Of a stretch of DNA of 51,095 nucleotides, positions 9,013-18,178 are shown in pieces. A program made the translations under genes and the position numbers. Source of the DNA: a virus (lineage: Duplodnaviria > Caudoviricetes); the IMG/VR virus record IMGVR_UViG_3300037484_000032, positions 1 to 51,095 of that record; one strand, 5' to 3'. The notes beneath the pieces are model-generated. The model worked only from the letters and a program-made list of their open reading frames with translations, was not told the DNA's origin and searched no databases. How positions within the stretch are numbered: the first letter of the stretch is position 1; every line of letters starts with the position of its first letter.

Positions 9013-9041
9013 ATTATAACATGGTGAAGATTTCTTGTCAA
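9013..9041 (-). promoter_or_regulatory. Consensus sigma70 promoter (extended -10) for the HNH gene
   Basis: TTGACA-N17-TATAAT with TGn; followed by SD GGAGG. Confidence 0.85.
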
Positions 9042-9236
9042 GTACTATTTGGTTAGTGGGTACTCACCATGTCCCAAAAGACAGCATCTTCTGCCAAATA
9101 CGTCGTTTCCACGAATCAAATTTAGCTCTCATTTCACGTCACATCCCTGAAGAAGCCACAATAAGAGGGGTGTTGCAATCGTACAAACAAACATCGTCCA
9201 AAGTACAACTCGTTCAATTTTAGTCATTGTTGCCCC

Positions 9237-9416
9237 TTAAATTTCATTATCATCGTTATCTACACAATCATCCACAATAAGACAATTATATAAACGAGGT
9301 CTAAGGTAATCATCCATAAATGCCTCTAATTCTTGGTCAGTAATTACTCCTAAACGTTCTGAATATAGAGCTTTAGCCATAGTTCTTGTAATCATAAGTG
9401 TAGAATACACACTCAT
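9237..9416 (-). CDS. Hypothetical 59-aa acidic protein
   Basis: Manual translation MSVYSTLMITRT...DNDDNEI; TAATG overlap and upstream AGGAG. Confidence 0.5.
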   Translation of the reverse strand: MSVYSTLMITRTMAKALYSERLGVITDQELEAFMDDYLRPRLYNCLIVDDCVDNDDNEI

Positions 9417-9736
9417 TATTTATCTCCTAATTTCTTATGTTTGATGCTACAATAAGCATGTTCTTCAAAGACTTCATTCTCACAATGATTTTTCTGAATT
9501 ACATTGAGCATGTCATGTAGCCACATCAAATTTGGCTCTGTGCCACATTCCACTGAGAGAGTGAACTTCCCACTGTATCCAAGAATAGCTGCCATCATTC
9601 TATCAGCAGCCTTCACTACTCTTCGTAGATAGTGGTTCTTTGGAACAAAGGAGAAGAATAGAGCCAACAAAGGTGTCACCAGACACCCTATTGTGAAGAA
9701 AATCCAAAGGATTATCACGAAGATCACACGTTTCAC
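9416..9736 (-). CDS. Hypothetical membrane protein
   Basis: Hydrophobic N-terminal ~30 residues. Confidence 0.6.
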   Translation of the reverse strand: MKRVIFVIILWIFFTIGCLVTPLLALFFSFVPKNHYLRRVVKAADRMMAAILGYSGKFTLSVECGTEPNLMWLHDMLNVIQKNHCENEVFEEHAYCSIKHKKLGDK

Positions 9737-9978
9737 ATATGCCTCCCGAGGTAAGCAGCACGTTGTACCAAACTGTATCGGAGTGATGCCAGTGTTTCAA
9801 ATCCCATTGGCTCAATGATTAGGCCAAGCGTATAGGCCATTATAAAGCAATCAGCATCGTTGTCAAGTGGATTCCATCGTTTAGTTCCTTCTTTAAGAAG
9901 GGGTTGTGGCCACGTGATTTTCATAACCTTTGCTGCATAGAACAGTAGTTCTTCTGCATCTTCCATTATGGCTCCCAA
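9733..9978 (-). CDS. Hypothetical protein (start may be 9966)
   Basis: WNPLDNDADC segment; coupled ORF. Confidence 0.6.
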   Translation of the reverse strand: MGAIMEDAEELLFYAAKVMKITWPQPLLKEGTKRWNPLDNDADCFIMAYTLGLIIEPMGFETLASLRYSLVQRAAYLGRHM

Positions 9979-10286
9979 TGAATATTCATAACCTTGGGGG
10001 CTTCTCTTGGTTTTACTTTCTTTTTGTTTGCAATTTTGTTAATTTCTGTTGCACAAGTATGAGCCAAATCACCAATGTCTTTGGAATTTCTAAGGCAAGC
10101 ACAAGCTGATTTGTCAAAAGCCCTTTTTTCAGCAAGTTCTTCAACTTGCATAGCAAAGGCTTTGAGTTTTTCAGTAATGTCACAAACAACCTCGGGGGTA
10201 GAAACAACAAAATTTCCAGTTGAGTTATCCACAAGAAGTTCAAAACCAACATTTCTGGCTAAGAGACAAACATCATTGTTAAGCAT
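9966..10286 (-). CDS. Hypothetical protein
   Basis: ORF with SD GAGG. Confidence 0.6.
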   Translation of the reverse strand: MLNNDVCLLARNVGFELLVDNSTGNFVVSTPEVVCDITEKLKAFAMQVEELAEKRAFDKSACACLRNSKDIGDLAHTCATEINKIANKKKVKPREAPKVMNIHWEP

Positions 10287-10289
10287 TTG

Positions 10290-10580
10290 TCACACCTCAG
10301 TTTCATCAACAATCTTGCATTTGTAGGGGCTATTCTTAACCTGGAAGAATGTATGCACCTTACCCTTTGTATCCTCAGCCATCAGGCCATCAGGATTTCC
10401 GTTCAATCCTTGAAGGATGAACATGAATTTGTTGGGGAAAAACACCACAACTTCACCATCAACAACACATTGCATGACTGGCTTGTTGGGCAAATCAGAT
10501 TCGTCTTCTTCAGGCACAGTAGCTGCAACACTGATTGAAGAAAGAAACAGAATACTCAAGAAAAACAGAATTTTTTTCAT
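10290..10580 (-). CDS. Hypothetical exported protein
   Basis: Sec-type signal MKKILFFLSILFLSSISVAA; SD AGGAG. Confidence 0.65.
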   Translation of the reverse strand: MKKILFFLSILFLSSISVAATVPEEDESDLPNKPVMQCVVDGEVVVFFPNKFMFILQGLNGNPDGLMAEDTKGKVHTFFQVKNSPYKCKIVDETEV

Positions 10581-10592
10581 CTGTGGACTCCT

Positions 10593-10802
10593 TTAGATAC
10601 CAAACATATCATCCAGTACATCACCAATGCCTGTTTCATCAACAACACCTCTCGCAACGATATCTTCACCCCGCCCGCGTCCAGCAGCCCGACCTGCGGC
10701 AACATGCCCAAGGATATTGTCGTCGTCAGTTACTGCATCAGCAATAACTTCACCACCAATCAAACCAGCTAAACCACCAAGCAAACTACCACTTGTGCTC
10801 AT
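10593..10802 (-). CDS. Small Gly/Asp-rich protein (glycine-zipper-like N-terminus)
   Basis: GSLLGGLAGLIGG; SD AAGGAG. Confidence 0.6.
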   Translation of the reverse strand: MSTSGSLLGGLAGLIGGEVIADAVTDDDNILGHVAAGRAAGRGRGEDIVARGVVDETGIGDVLDDMFGI

Positions 10803-11544
10803 TTAAAATCTCCTTAATTTGTTCATACGTCATTTCCTTTGGGTCTTTGTCACTGAATATGGGGGACACGTCAAGTCCTTGTAGTCTCCCTCTTCGTGCC
10901 TCTGTTACAGCTTCCTTCCGTTTGTCGGGGTCAAGCCATACGAGGAATTTAGATGTTCTCGGACAAATTTTACTGAGGCGACTAAATCGTTCTGACCCAA
11001 CACTGCAACCATAAAGAGGCATCGCAGAAACATACCGAGATACTTTAATCGCAGATACAATGTCCTCAACAAGTACAAAAGTGTCTCCTTCACCAAGGAT
11101 ATTAAAAACAGTCTTTACATCACCTGTAGTAAACCATTTTCCTCTTCCTTGTTCTTCTCCAAAGTAACGTCCTTGCCAGGCTAAAAGTCTGCCTTCACTA
11201 CCAAAGATTGGAAATATAAGTCTTTGCCATTGCTCAGACCAAAGAACATTGTGACTTAACAGGTCATTGACTGTTAATTCATACTGACCGACCCAATCAA
11301 TACATCTTTGTGGGTAATCAGCAGAACAGTCTTCTGGAAGTACTACCTCATGGTGTACCACAGGGAAGTCAACCCCGCCTTTATACTGGGTAATTTTATC
11401 ACCCCCAGATATAAGACCGTGCCCACCGAAGCAATAACTATGACCATCGCTGTATACCGCAAGGTTATTGTGAGACCTGTCTCGGCCTTCACGAGCACAG
11501 AATGGACACTGTTCTTGTCTGACGAGAGTGGAATCATTGCTCAT
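10786..11544 (-). CDS. DNA primase (Zn finger + TOPRIM), separate from helicase
   Basis: CPFC..HSYCF, AWQGR, VLVEDIVSA, WLDPD, KDPKE. Confidence 0.88.
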   Translation of the reverse strand: MSNDSTLVRQEQCPFCAREGRDRSHNNLAVYSDGHSYCFGGHGLISGGDKITQYKGGVDFPVVHHEVVLPEDCSADYPQRCIDWVGQYELTVNDLLSHNVLWSEQWQRLIFPIFGSEGRLLAWQGRYFGEEQGRGKWFTTGDVKTVFNILGEGDTFVLVEDIVSAIKVSRYVSAMPLYGCSVGSERFSRLSKICPRTSKFLVWLDPDKRKEAVTEARRGRLQGLDVSPIFSDKDPKEMTYEQIKEILNEHKW

Positions 11545-11798
11545 TCTACCGCCGAGAGAATCTTCTCAACAAAGGGAATCAGACCAATACCATGAATACC
11601 ATAACCAACGGTATCCCCTGCCATTGCAACGGCTTCAACAGGATGATGGCCCAAAGTCTTGGCAATGTACACTCCTGTCAACATCACACAAATACCAAAC
11701 AGAAGGCGCACCAAGATATGGTGGTTTTTACTAGCGAGGGTGTCACAAGCATGATGAACAAAGTTGATTTTGTTCAGGGAGACTTTGAGTGTTTGCAT
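11541..11798 (-). CDS. Hypothetical membrane protein
   Basis: Two hydrophobic segments; SD AAAGGA. Confidence 0.6.
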   Translation of the reverse strand: MQTLKVSLNKINFVHHACDTLASKNHHILVRLLFGICVMLTGVYIAKTLGHHPVEAVAMAGDTVGYGIHGIGLIPFVEKILSAVE

Positions 11799-11812
11799 GA
11801 TTTTTCCTTTCT

Positions 11813-12007
11813 TTAGTCCAGTTCCAAAACTTCTTGGTCAACCACTTCTTCGTGGTTAAGGTCAGGGCGGTCTACCAAAGTGACCAATGTTTCAATTCCA
11901 CTTATTTTGATACAGCTAGAACACATATCCAAATATTCCTTGGTGTGTTCATCCTTGATTGTTGCTTCGTAATCTGTTAATTGTACATCACAGCAGTAGC
12001 ATCTCAT
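11813..12007 (-). CDS. Small Zn-binding protein
   Basis: CYCC...CSSC. Confidence 0.65.
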   Translation of the reverse strand: MRCYCCDVQLTDYEATIKDEHTKEYLDMCSSCIKISGIETLVTLVDRPDLNHEEVVDQEVLELD

Positions 12008-12682
12008 TTAGTTTCCCTCCAAAAGGTACTTATGTTCTTTGGTGTTGTCTCCACTGATTGTGGAGACAAAACCGGCACAGTCATGATTGGAGTTAAGGCT
12101 ATCAAAAAAGAATGCCTTTCCATCTGTCACATGCTTGAGCAAGGAAGACTCAACAGGTTTTGTCAAGTATCCTATATAGTTGTTTTCTGGATGTTCCAGA
12201 AGTTTCTCACTTTCGTAAGAAGCCACCTTCAGATAGAAGGTGTACAAAGACAGTCTCCACGGAGAATCCTGCCAACTCTTATCCCCAACAACAACCAGAG
12301 TTTTCTTATCGTTGGTCTCATACACTTTGGTCAGTTGGGTAATACCAGCCTGTTTTTCTTTCTCATGCAGGAATGCTTCTGCTTTTTCTTTGAAAATGTT
12401 TATTGCTTCTTTCCCCTCAGGGAACTTCAAAGAGAGCTTGACAGCATCCAGATCATAGGGGTTTTTCTTGTAGTTGTAATTAAACCCCCAGATACCAACA
12501 GCCCTATTTTTTACACGACTGAAGATACAGTCACCGAGGAAATCCCTGCATTTGGCAGGCATAGTTATCTGCTTGAACTCTGGAGAATTTCCAGTAACAA
12601 AAGCAAACTTGATGTCAAGTGACTGAAAAATCTCAGCCAACTTAAGGTTATCCTCATATGGTACAAGAGTTACTTGTGTCAT
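12008..12682 (-). CDS. Hypothetical protein, paralogue of 12679-13386
   Basis: CRDFL, WQDSPWRLSLYTFYLK, HDCAGFVS blocks shared with the neighbour. Confidence 0.75.
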   Translation of the reverse strand: MTQVTLVPYEDNLKLAEIFQSLDIKFAFVTGNSPEFKQITMPAKCRDFLGDCIFSRVKNRAVGIWGFNYNYKKNPYDLDAVKLSLKFPEGKEAINIFKEKAEAFLHEKEKQAGITQLTKVYETNDKKTLVVVGDKSWQDSPWRLSLYTFYLKVASYESEKLLEHPENNYIGYLTKPVESSLLKHVTDGKAFFFDSLNSNHDCAGFVSTISGDNTKEHKYLLEGN

Positions 12683-13386
12683 TCTTTTTCTCCTAGCAAA
12701 AGCTTGGTCATTACTTTATTCTTCTTTCTTTCACAGAGGGTAACAAAGCCTGTGTTACAGTGAATATCCTCATAAGTCTCTCCAGTTACTACCTCTTCAT
12801 TGAAATCCTTTACTTTTTCAAGAAGTTTCTTTTTATTCTTTCTGAAAAGTTCCTGATAATGCCCATCAGAATACTTGTATCCTTCATCAGGAGCATCCTC
12901 AAAATGGTCTTCAACAAGCATCTTCACAAAGAAACTGTACAGAGAAATCTTCCACATGGTGGAGTACCATGCTTTATCAGGTATACATAGAATACCATAT
13001 AGATTCTTTTCTTTGTTATTTATACACAAAAGTTCTGTTCTTGCAACACCTGCTTCATCTTCAATAGCATGAAGTTTGGGAAGATTTTTTTCAACCTGTT
13101 TCATAGTACTTCCACTTATGCCCTTTTTGTCGTACTGACCAGCACCCATGAAAATACCAATCTTGGTGTATTTACTGAAATCATCCTCAAGAAAAATTGC
13201 TACATTCAAATCTTTCTTATACTTCTTGTTCCTGTGCAAATAATTCCATGCACACACTAAATAGCTTCTGCAATTAGAAGCCATATTAATACACTCCCAT
13301 TTGGGTTCTTCTTTAGTGCCAGCCCAGGCCATACTTTGAAAACCAATTCCCCAACCAAAATCAGTACAACTAAGAGTAACTTCCAT
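12679..13386 (-). CDS. Hypothetical protein, paralogue of 12008-12682
   Basis: CRSYL, WYSTMWKISLYSFFVK, HCNTGFVT. Confidence 0.75.
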   Translation of the reverse strand: MEVTLSCTDFGWGIGFQSMAWAGTKEEPKWECINMASNCRSYLVCAWNYLHRNKKYKKDLNVAIFLEDDFSKYTKIGIFMGAGQYDKKGISGSTMKQVEKNLPKLHAIEDEAGVARTELLCINNKEKNLYGILCIPDKAWYSTMWKISLYSFFVKMLVEDHFEDAPDEGYKYSDGHYQELFRKNKKKLLEKVKDFNEEVVTGETYEDIHCNTGFVTLCERKKNKVMTKLLLGEKE

Positions 13387-14085
13387 TTACAGAACCTCCT
13401 TCTCCAACAATTTCAATAGAGGGCCTTCTGTTTCTTCCAGAAGAACAGCACCACTGTTTACCTCCAGCAATTTTGCAACACCCTTGTTGTTTACCAGAAT
13501 GTCCATACCATACAGATCAATTCCGATATTGGCAGAGATGGACTGAATCATCTCATTCACTTGTCGATGTTCACCTGTGACTTCCATGTGCTTGAAATCG
13601 AAGTAACCTTCTTCTTCAACTTTCTTATACACAGAGAGAATCTTTCCCTTGTACACATTCACACGTACTTCATGATCGTGAGGGAAATAACGTGACCACC
13701 ACGTAGCAGGAGAATCATTGAACCCCTCCAGAGTGTAGGCAATGTTAGTACCCTCACTCTTCATACCTGTTTGAGATTCACGACATACAACTGCCTTGTC
13801 TTTCTTCAACCATTCCTTGGCAACTTCGGGGTCTTTTGTCCATTCCACACCATGAGCCACCCGCTTCAATGTGGAAATCTTATTCACACAAATCTTGACC
13901 GCCGTCGGTGGATTGATAACCTTTTTGAACTCACCACCATTGGAACTACCGTAGTTAATAACCAAGTCGTACTTACTCCAGTCATAACCATCTGCATGGT
14001 GGTAGTCTGCACCTATGAGACTCGCAAGCCTCTTAGCGGAAGCACTTGTACAGTTGGGACTGATTACAGCAACACGTTTTGTCAT
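13387..14085 (-). CDS. ATP-grasp ligase (RimK-like)
   Basis: INPP..NK, EVRVNV, LYGMDIL, LLEVNSG. Confidence 0.85.
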   Translation of the reverse strand: MTKRVAVISPNCTSASAKRLASLIGADYHHADGYDWSKYDLVINYGSSNGGEFKKVINPPTAVKICVNKISTLKRVAHGVEWTKDPEVAKEWLKKDKAVVCRESQTGMKSEGTNIAYTLEGFNDSPATWWSRYFPHDHEVRVNVYKGKILSVYKKVEEEGYFDFKHMEVTGEHRQVNEMIQSISANIGIDLYGMDILVNNKGVAKLLEVNSGAVLLEETEGPLLKLLEKEVL

Positions 14086-14086
14086 T

Positions 14087-15451
14087 TTAGCAATACCCCA
14101 TTTCTTCTGCCATTTTTGGATTATTGGAAAACGCTGTATAGCAGGGGTCACAGAGGGGTTTTCCTTTGAAGATGGTAACAAGCTCACGAGGTGTTTCCTC
14201 AGAGCATACATCACATTTGATAAGAGCGTGTGGGTCATTGGCTACTCCGTTTTTGTTACACCATTTGGTTAAGGCAGCTTCTGCAACTGCATCATTGAGA
14301 GTTGGAAAAAGATCAACAGCGGTAACACCTGTAAGGTTATATGACACCCTACTACCCTTTATCCTTGTTGAAATTACAGAGCCTTCAAGCAGGTCATTCT
14401 TGGCCAATTCAGCCAAGAAGCCATGATTTGGCCCATATACCCTGATTTCTGTGTCAGGTTCATTGTACACTTTTCCAAGCAAAAAGTACATTTCTTTCGT
14501 TTGGTCGAAGACAATGCTGGAGGACAAATCATTTCCAGCAAGCCTATCTGGTGCAAATTTAATAGACTCCCCAAACACCCGCATTGGGGGGATTGCCTTC
14601 TTCTGAACAAAAGGGATTACTTTACCTCCAGCCTTTTGTTGTGCTCTTTTCTCCTTTTTCTGCCTCTTGTACTCTTCACGCCTGGAACTAAAGGAACCAG
14701 TGTCCGTTTTCGCTCCAGTCATCGGAAAAAAACCAGACACCTTATACATCTTCTCCGGCATATATTCCACCTTTTTTGTGGTATACGTTGCCATATCATC
14801 AATGTCAAAGGTGTACAGAGTTTCTGTTTCCAATTGGAATGCCTTAACAATCTTCTGATTGTGTCGTTCAGCCATCCACAGGCCAAGACCGAGTTCGGAA
14901 GAGATAATCCAAACTTTTTCTGTCTCTACCAAATGGAGAGGACGCTCATAATTCCTCGCCATGTTGATGGTATTGTTGAGTTCATCCACCCAAACGAGGG
15001 CAAAAGCACCATCAATCTCTTTCAACGTCGCCTCTGCTCCGTTGATCGCCATGTGAGAACAGATTGCGTGACTATCCACAACCGCTTTGTTGTCCAAGTT
15101 CTTGTGAGACCACAAAGTACCATTGTGAACAAGAGTAATAGCACCCTCGTTGAAGGGATGTGTATTTGCCCAAACCTTTTCACCCTTTGTTGCTGCTCTG
15201 TTGTGACCAATGAGGAAGTGACCCTTCTTTGCTACCTCTTCCATAGCATTTTTGAAGTTGTCTTGTGACATGAAACCTCCAGCACCAAATGGGGCTTTCA
15301 AGTACTTGATGCCCTTATCAATGTCGAAGATTACTCCAGTACCATCTGTACCACGAACTTGGTCAACAAGAAGGAGTTGCTTGAACAAGTCAACTTCCAC
15401 CTTGAACATACCAATTTTTGCTTTTGCCAATACACCAACTATGCCACACAT
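14087..15451 (-). CDS. Class II (Ntn) glutamine amidotransferase with C-terminal extension and Zn ribbon
   Basis: MCGIVG, RGTDGTG, GHNRAAT, THPF, HNG, VDS, GAFAL; C-terminal CDVC..CDPC. Confidence 0.92.
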   Translation of the reverse strand: MCGIVGVLAKAKIGMFKVEVDLFKQLLLVDQVRGTDGTGVIFDIDKGIKYLKAPFGAGGFMSQDNFKNAMEEVAKKGHFLIGHNRAATKGEKVWANTHPFNEGAITLVHNGTLWSHKNLDNKAVVDSHAICSHMAINGAEATLKEIDGAFALVWVDELNNTINMARNYERPLHLVETEKVWIISSELGLGLWMAERHNQKIVKAFQLETETLYTFDIDDMATYTTKKVEYMPEKMYKVSGFFPMTGAKTDTGSFSSRREEYKRQKKEKRAQQKAGGKVIPFVQKKAIPPMRVFGESIKFAPDRLAGNDLSSSIVFDQTKEMYFLLGKVYNEPDTEIRVYGPNHGFLAELAKNDLLEGSVISTRIKGSRVSYNLTGVTAVDLFPTLNDAVAEAALTKWCNKNGVANDPHALIKCDVCSEETPRELVTIFKGKPLCDPCYTAFSNNPKMAEEMGYC

Positions 15452-16419
15452 GCGTTGTCTCCTTTGTATCCCATAGGGATTTCAATTTCAGTTTTTACCT
15501 TCTCTCCATTTTTAATCGGAAGAGTCATTTTAGCCATCAAAACCCCGTGTTCAACATCTTCCTTGAACGTGGGTTGAGACAACAGATGCACAGCCCAATC
15601 TTTGAACACTTCCGTCACCAAATGGTTATAACTAGAAGTTGTGTTCATTTTACCCAAGGACTTAACCAATTCCTGAGTGTCCATCTTTTTTGCGGAAATT
15701 TTGAGTCCCACAATCAAGTTAATCCACTCAATGATGTGTTCCACGTCCGTTGTGCCTGCCATGTGACGAAACTCAACAGTGCCAATCCTTGCACTTTCAT
15801 CGTGAGAACCCCAAAGAGGTACAAGATTCAAGGCAAAGTATTTACTCCATCCCATTAATCGTACACCATCATGAGCATACAATTTGTTGATTTCCGCCTT
15901 GACTTTATCAATGTCCTCATGCAACGGAGAACAAAAGATATTATTCAGGCGTCCACCTGAAAAATGGAACAAACTGCGTTCAAAAATCAGATAAAGAAGA
16001 AGGAATCTGTACAACTCTTGGGATGTGAAGTCACGAGCATTCAAATGCACGTGGATACTACAACGAGGAGAAATGAGAGGAGGAGGCATACAAGCAAACA
16101 ACCTCCGCAATTCCTGCTCAAGGTAGCACACACGTATAGGAACTGTAACAAACTCTTTTCCCTCCAACTTCAATGACCCGTCATGCTTCATTTCAAAGCT
16201 GCTCGGAATATTTGTGTTGAGTTTCACCTTTTCCAGTTCAATCTCAACTCCAACATATATAGTTGGGGCACGTACCGCCAATGACCCTCTCAAGCCCTCG
16301 TATTTGCTCAAATTTGCATAAACATATATCTCAGACATTTTGTGGTCAGGGGTAGTAACATCTTTTTTGGGCTGTGCGTCCATTGCATCTGCTGTTGAAA
16401 AAATGTAGTCTATCGCCAT
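15439..16419 (-). CDS. Putative amidoligase (glutamine-synthetase-like COOH-NH2 ligase, Amidoligase_2 type)
   Basis: VGVEIELE, HDGSL, EFVT, CSIHVHLN, KYFALN, GTVEFRH. Confidence 0.85.
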   Translation of the reverse strand: MAIDYIFSTADAMDAQPKKDVTTPDHKMSEIYVYANLSKYEGLRGSLAVRAPTIYVGVEIELEKVKLNTNIPSSFEMKHDGSLKLEGKEFVTVPIRVCYLEQELRRLFACMPPPLISPRCSIHVHLNARDFTSQELYRFLLLYLIFERSLFHFSGGRLNNIFCSPLHEDIDKVKAEINKLYAHDGVRLMGWSKYFALNLVPLWGSHDESARIGTVEFRHMAGTTDVEHIIEWINLIVGLKISAKKMDTQELVKSLGKMNTTSSYNHLVTEVFKDWAVHLLSQPTFKEDVEHGVLMAKMTLPIKNGEKVKTEIEIPMGYKGDNACVA

Positions 16420-16420
16420 T

Positions 16421-16933
16421 TTAGCTGTCCCTTATCCAGTCAATCAGTTCTTGATGAACAATTGGATTTGTGCAGACTATCATCTTTGAGTTCTTCACAA
16501 ACCCTACCTTGGAATCCATAAAACATACATTTCTTTTTTCATCAACCCAAAACTCCTTTCTTGAGTTAGGGTCTAAATCTCGTAGGTCAAATGATGTCTC
16601 AGGAAAATCAACCCTGTAAAAGTCAGTACAAAAACTCTTTTTCCATTGCCTGACTGCTATTCTAGTAAGCAACACATGTAATGAGGAGTCCTTCTTGAAG
16701 TAGACCCCCGTTCTGGGAATCCAAACATCTAGGGATGTAACATCTTTGTTCTTCAGAGTCACATTTGTTCCATTAGCTTTTACGATAATCAACCACGTAA
16801 AGTCGGCCTCTGCCACGAACTCAAGCTTTCCGTTCACCAACATCCACGTGCGACCCAACTTACCTGGAATTTCCTTCTCACAGTGTGTTGGTGGTAAATC
16901 CAACACCTTCGTCCACAATTCCGTCAATCCCAT
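16421..16933 (-). CDS. Hypothetical protein of the amidoligase cluster
   Basis: SD AAAGGAG; RQWKKS motif; operonic. Confidence 0.7.
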   Translation of the reverse strand: MGLTELWTKVLDLPPTHCEKEIPGKLGRTWMLVNGKLEFVAEADFTWLIIVKANGTNVTLKNKDVTSLDVWIPRTGVYFKKDSSLHVLLTRIAVRQWKKSFCTDFYRVDFPETSFDLRDLDPNSRKEFWVDEKRNVCFMDSKVGFVKNSKMIVCTNPIVHQELIDWIRDS

Positions 16934-17173
16934 TTCTTCTCCTTTACCAATGATGTGTTTTGACCAAGGCTTGCAAAACCTCATTGTGTTGTTTCTTGGT
17001 CTGCTTCTTTTTCTCTTGGACTTCAGCCAGCTTAACCTCAGCAGGAGCAACAGGATGACCGACTGTAACCTCTTCAATGTTCAACTGGTTTAACATTTGA
17101 AGTTGAAGGTTGATAATATCTGTCCAATAGTAATTTCCAGGGCTTAATGCTAATGTATAACCACTAAGCCCTT

Positions 17174-17995
17174 CTATTTTTTTGTGCCAATTTCCCCTTC
17201 GGAAGGAAGAGAAACACCATATTCCTTGAGAATGGCATGTGCTTGCTCCACGTTGCCGGTGTTGATGCACTCCTGAATAGCACCAGATTGCCCGATTGTC
17301 AGGTCGTTTCCATGACCCTTACGCGCCCACAACATCGCATCATGGGTGTTTTGGTACACCCATGCTGTGAGTTCGGGGTCAAACATCCAGAAGTTGGACA
17401 GCACCCGGTACTCGAAGCCATAGGGTTTGGGACGCATTGCTCCAGCTTTGCCATAGAGTTCGCGTCGAGCGACAGATGCAGGGGAGTTGTCGAGAATGAC
17501 AGAGGGAACACCGAGGAACAAGTCCATAGCACGGATGCCAAGAATCATGTCCACCTTATCCGTGCCAACGTGGATGTGCCCACCAGCGGTGCGGAGATTG
17601 GGGTCAACAGCTTTGGGTTTGCGATTCTCCATCTTTGTCCACGCATTGTAGTCCGGCTCACAGCCGAACACCTTTGCCTGTTCAGATTGCAGTTGGTCGT
17701 CGTCGAAGTGGATGGAGGATTCCTTAGAAACGACCAAATCCAGGCCGCCAAGAATCTTGCCCACTTCATTTCCCATCTCTGAGATGTAGGTACAAAAAGC
17801 CGCACCAAGAACAGTAGCGGGAATATTGTACTCCAGAGACACGTTATCCTCTTGAACCATGAAACCTTTTTTCATGTCAGGGAGTTGACGTGGCTTTTGT
17901 TTCGTGCCACCAATCAAACCACACAGGGCAATTGCCTTACCGTCCTTGTTACGGGCGAATACTTCCACATCCGAACCGATTGTGAATTCCATCAT
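17174..17995 (-). CDS. phiEco32-like COOH-NH2 ligase type 2
   Basis: IGSDVEVF, GGTK, QEDNV..EYN, FGCEPD, RTAGGHIH, RRELYGKAG..RPKPYGFEYRVLSNFW. Confidence 0.92.
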   Translation of the reverse strand: MMEFTIGSDVEVFARNKDGKAIALCGLIGGTKQKPRQLPDMKKGFMVQEDNVSLEYNIPATVLGAAFCTYISEMGNEVGKILGGLDLVVSKESSIHFDDDQLQSEQAKVFGCEPDYNAWTKMENRKPKAVDPNLRTAGGHIHVGTDKVDMILGIRAMDLFLGVPSVILDNSPASVARRELYGKAGAMRPKPYGFEYRVLSNFWMFDPELTAWVYQNTHDAMLWARKGHGNDLTIGQSGAIQECINTGNVEQAHAILKEYGVSLPSEGEIGTKK

Positions 17996-18165
17996 TTTGC
18001 TCCTTTTGCTTTGGATTGTTTCTCAGCTACTTGGGTTCTACCACAAACAGTGCAACGATTCACAAGGGGGAAACCCTTTGTTGAAGTCGTAAACACACGA
18101 TTTCCTTTGCCATACACATAATCTTGAAATGGATGGGTGCATGTGCATTTGATTGTATCGGCCAT
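17992..18165 (-). CDS. 57-aa Zn-ribbon protein
   Basis: Manual translation: CTCTH..QD..YGKGNRV...RCTVC; SD AAGGAG; ATGA overlap. Confidence 0.7.
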   Translation of the reverse strand: MADTIKCTCTHPFQDYVYGKGNRVFTTSTKGFPLVNRCTVCGRTQVAEKQSKAKGAK

Positions 18166-18178
18166 TTTTTACTCCTTA

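Noticed and set aside
14423-15268. 281-aa plus-strand ORF and similar antisense ORFs (11981-12622, 40072-41388, 42202-43140)
   Set aside because: Shadows of well-supported genes on the opposite strand
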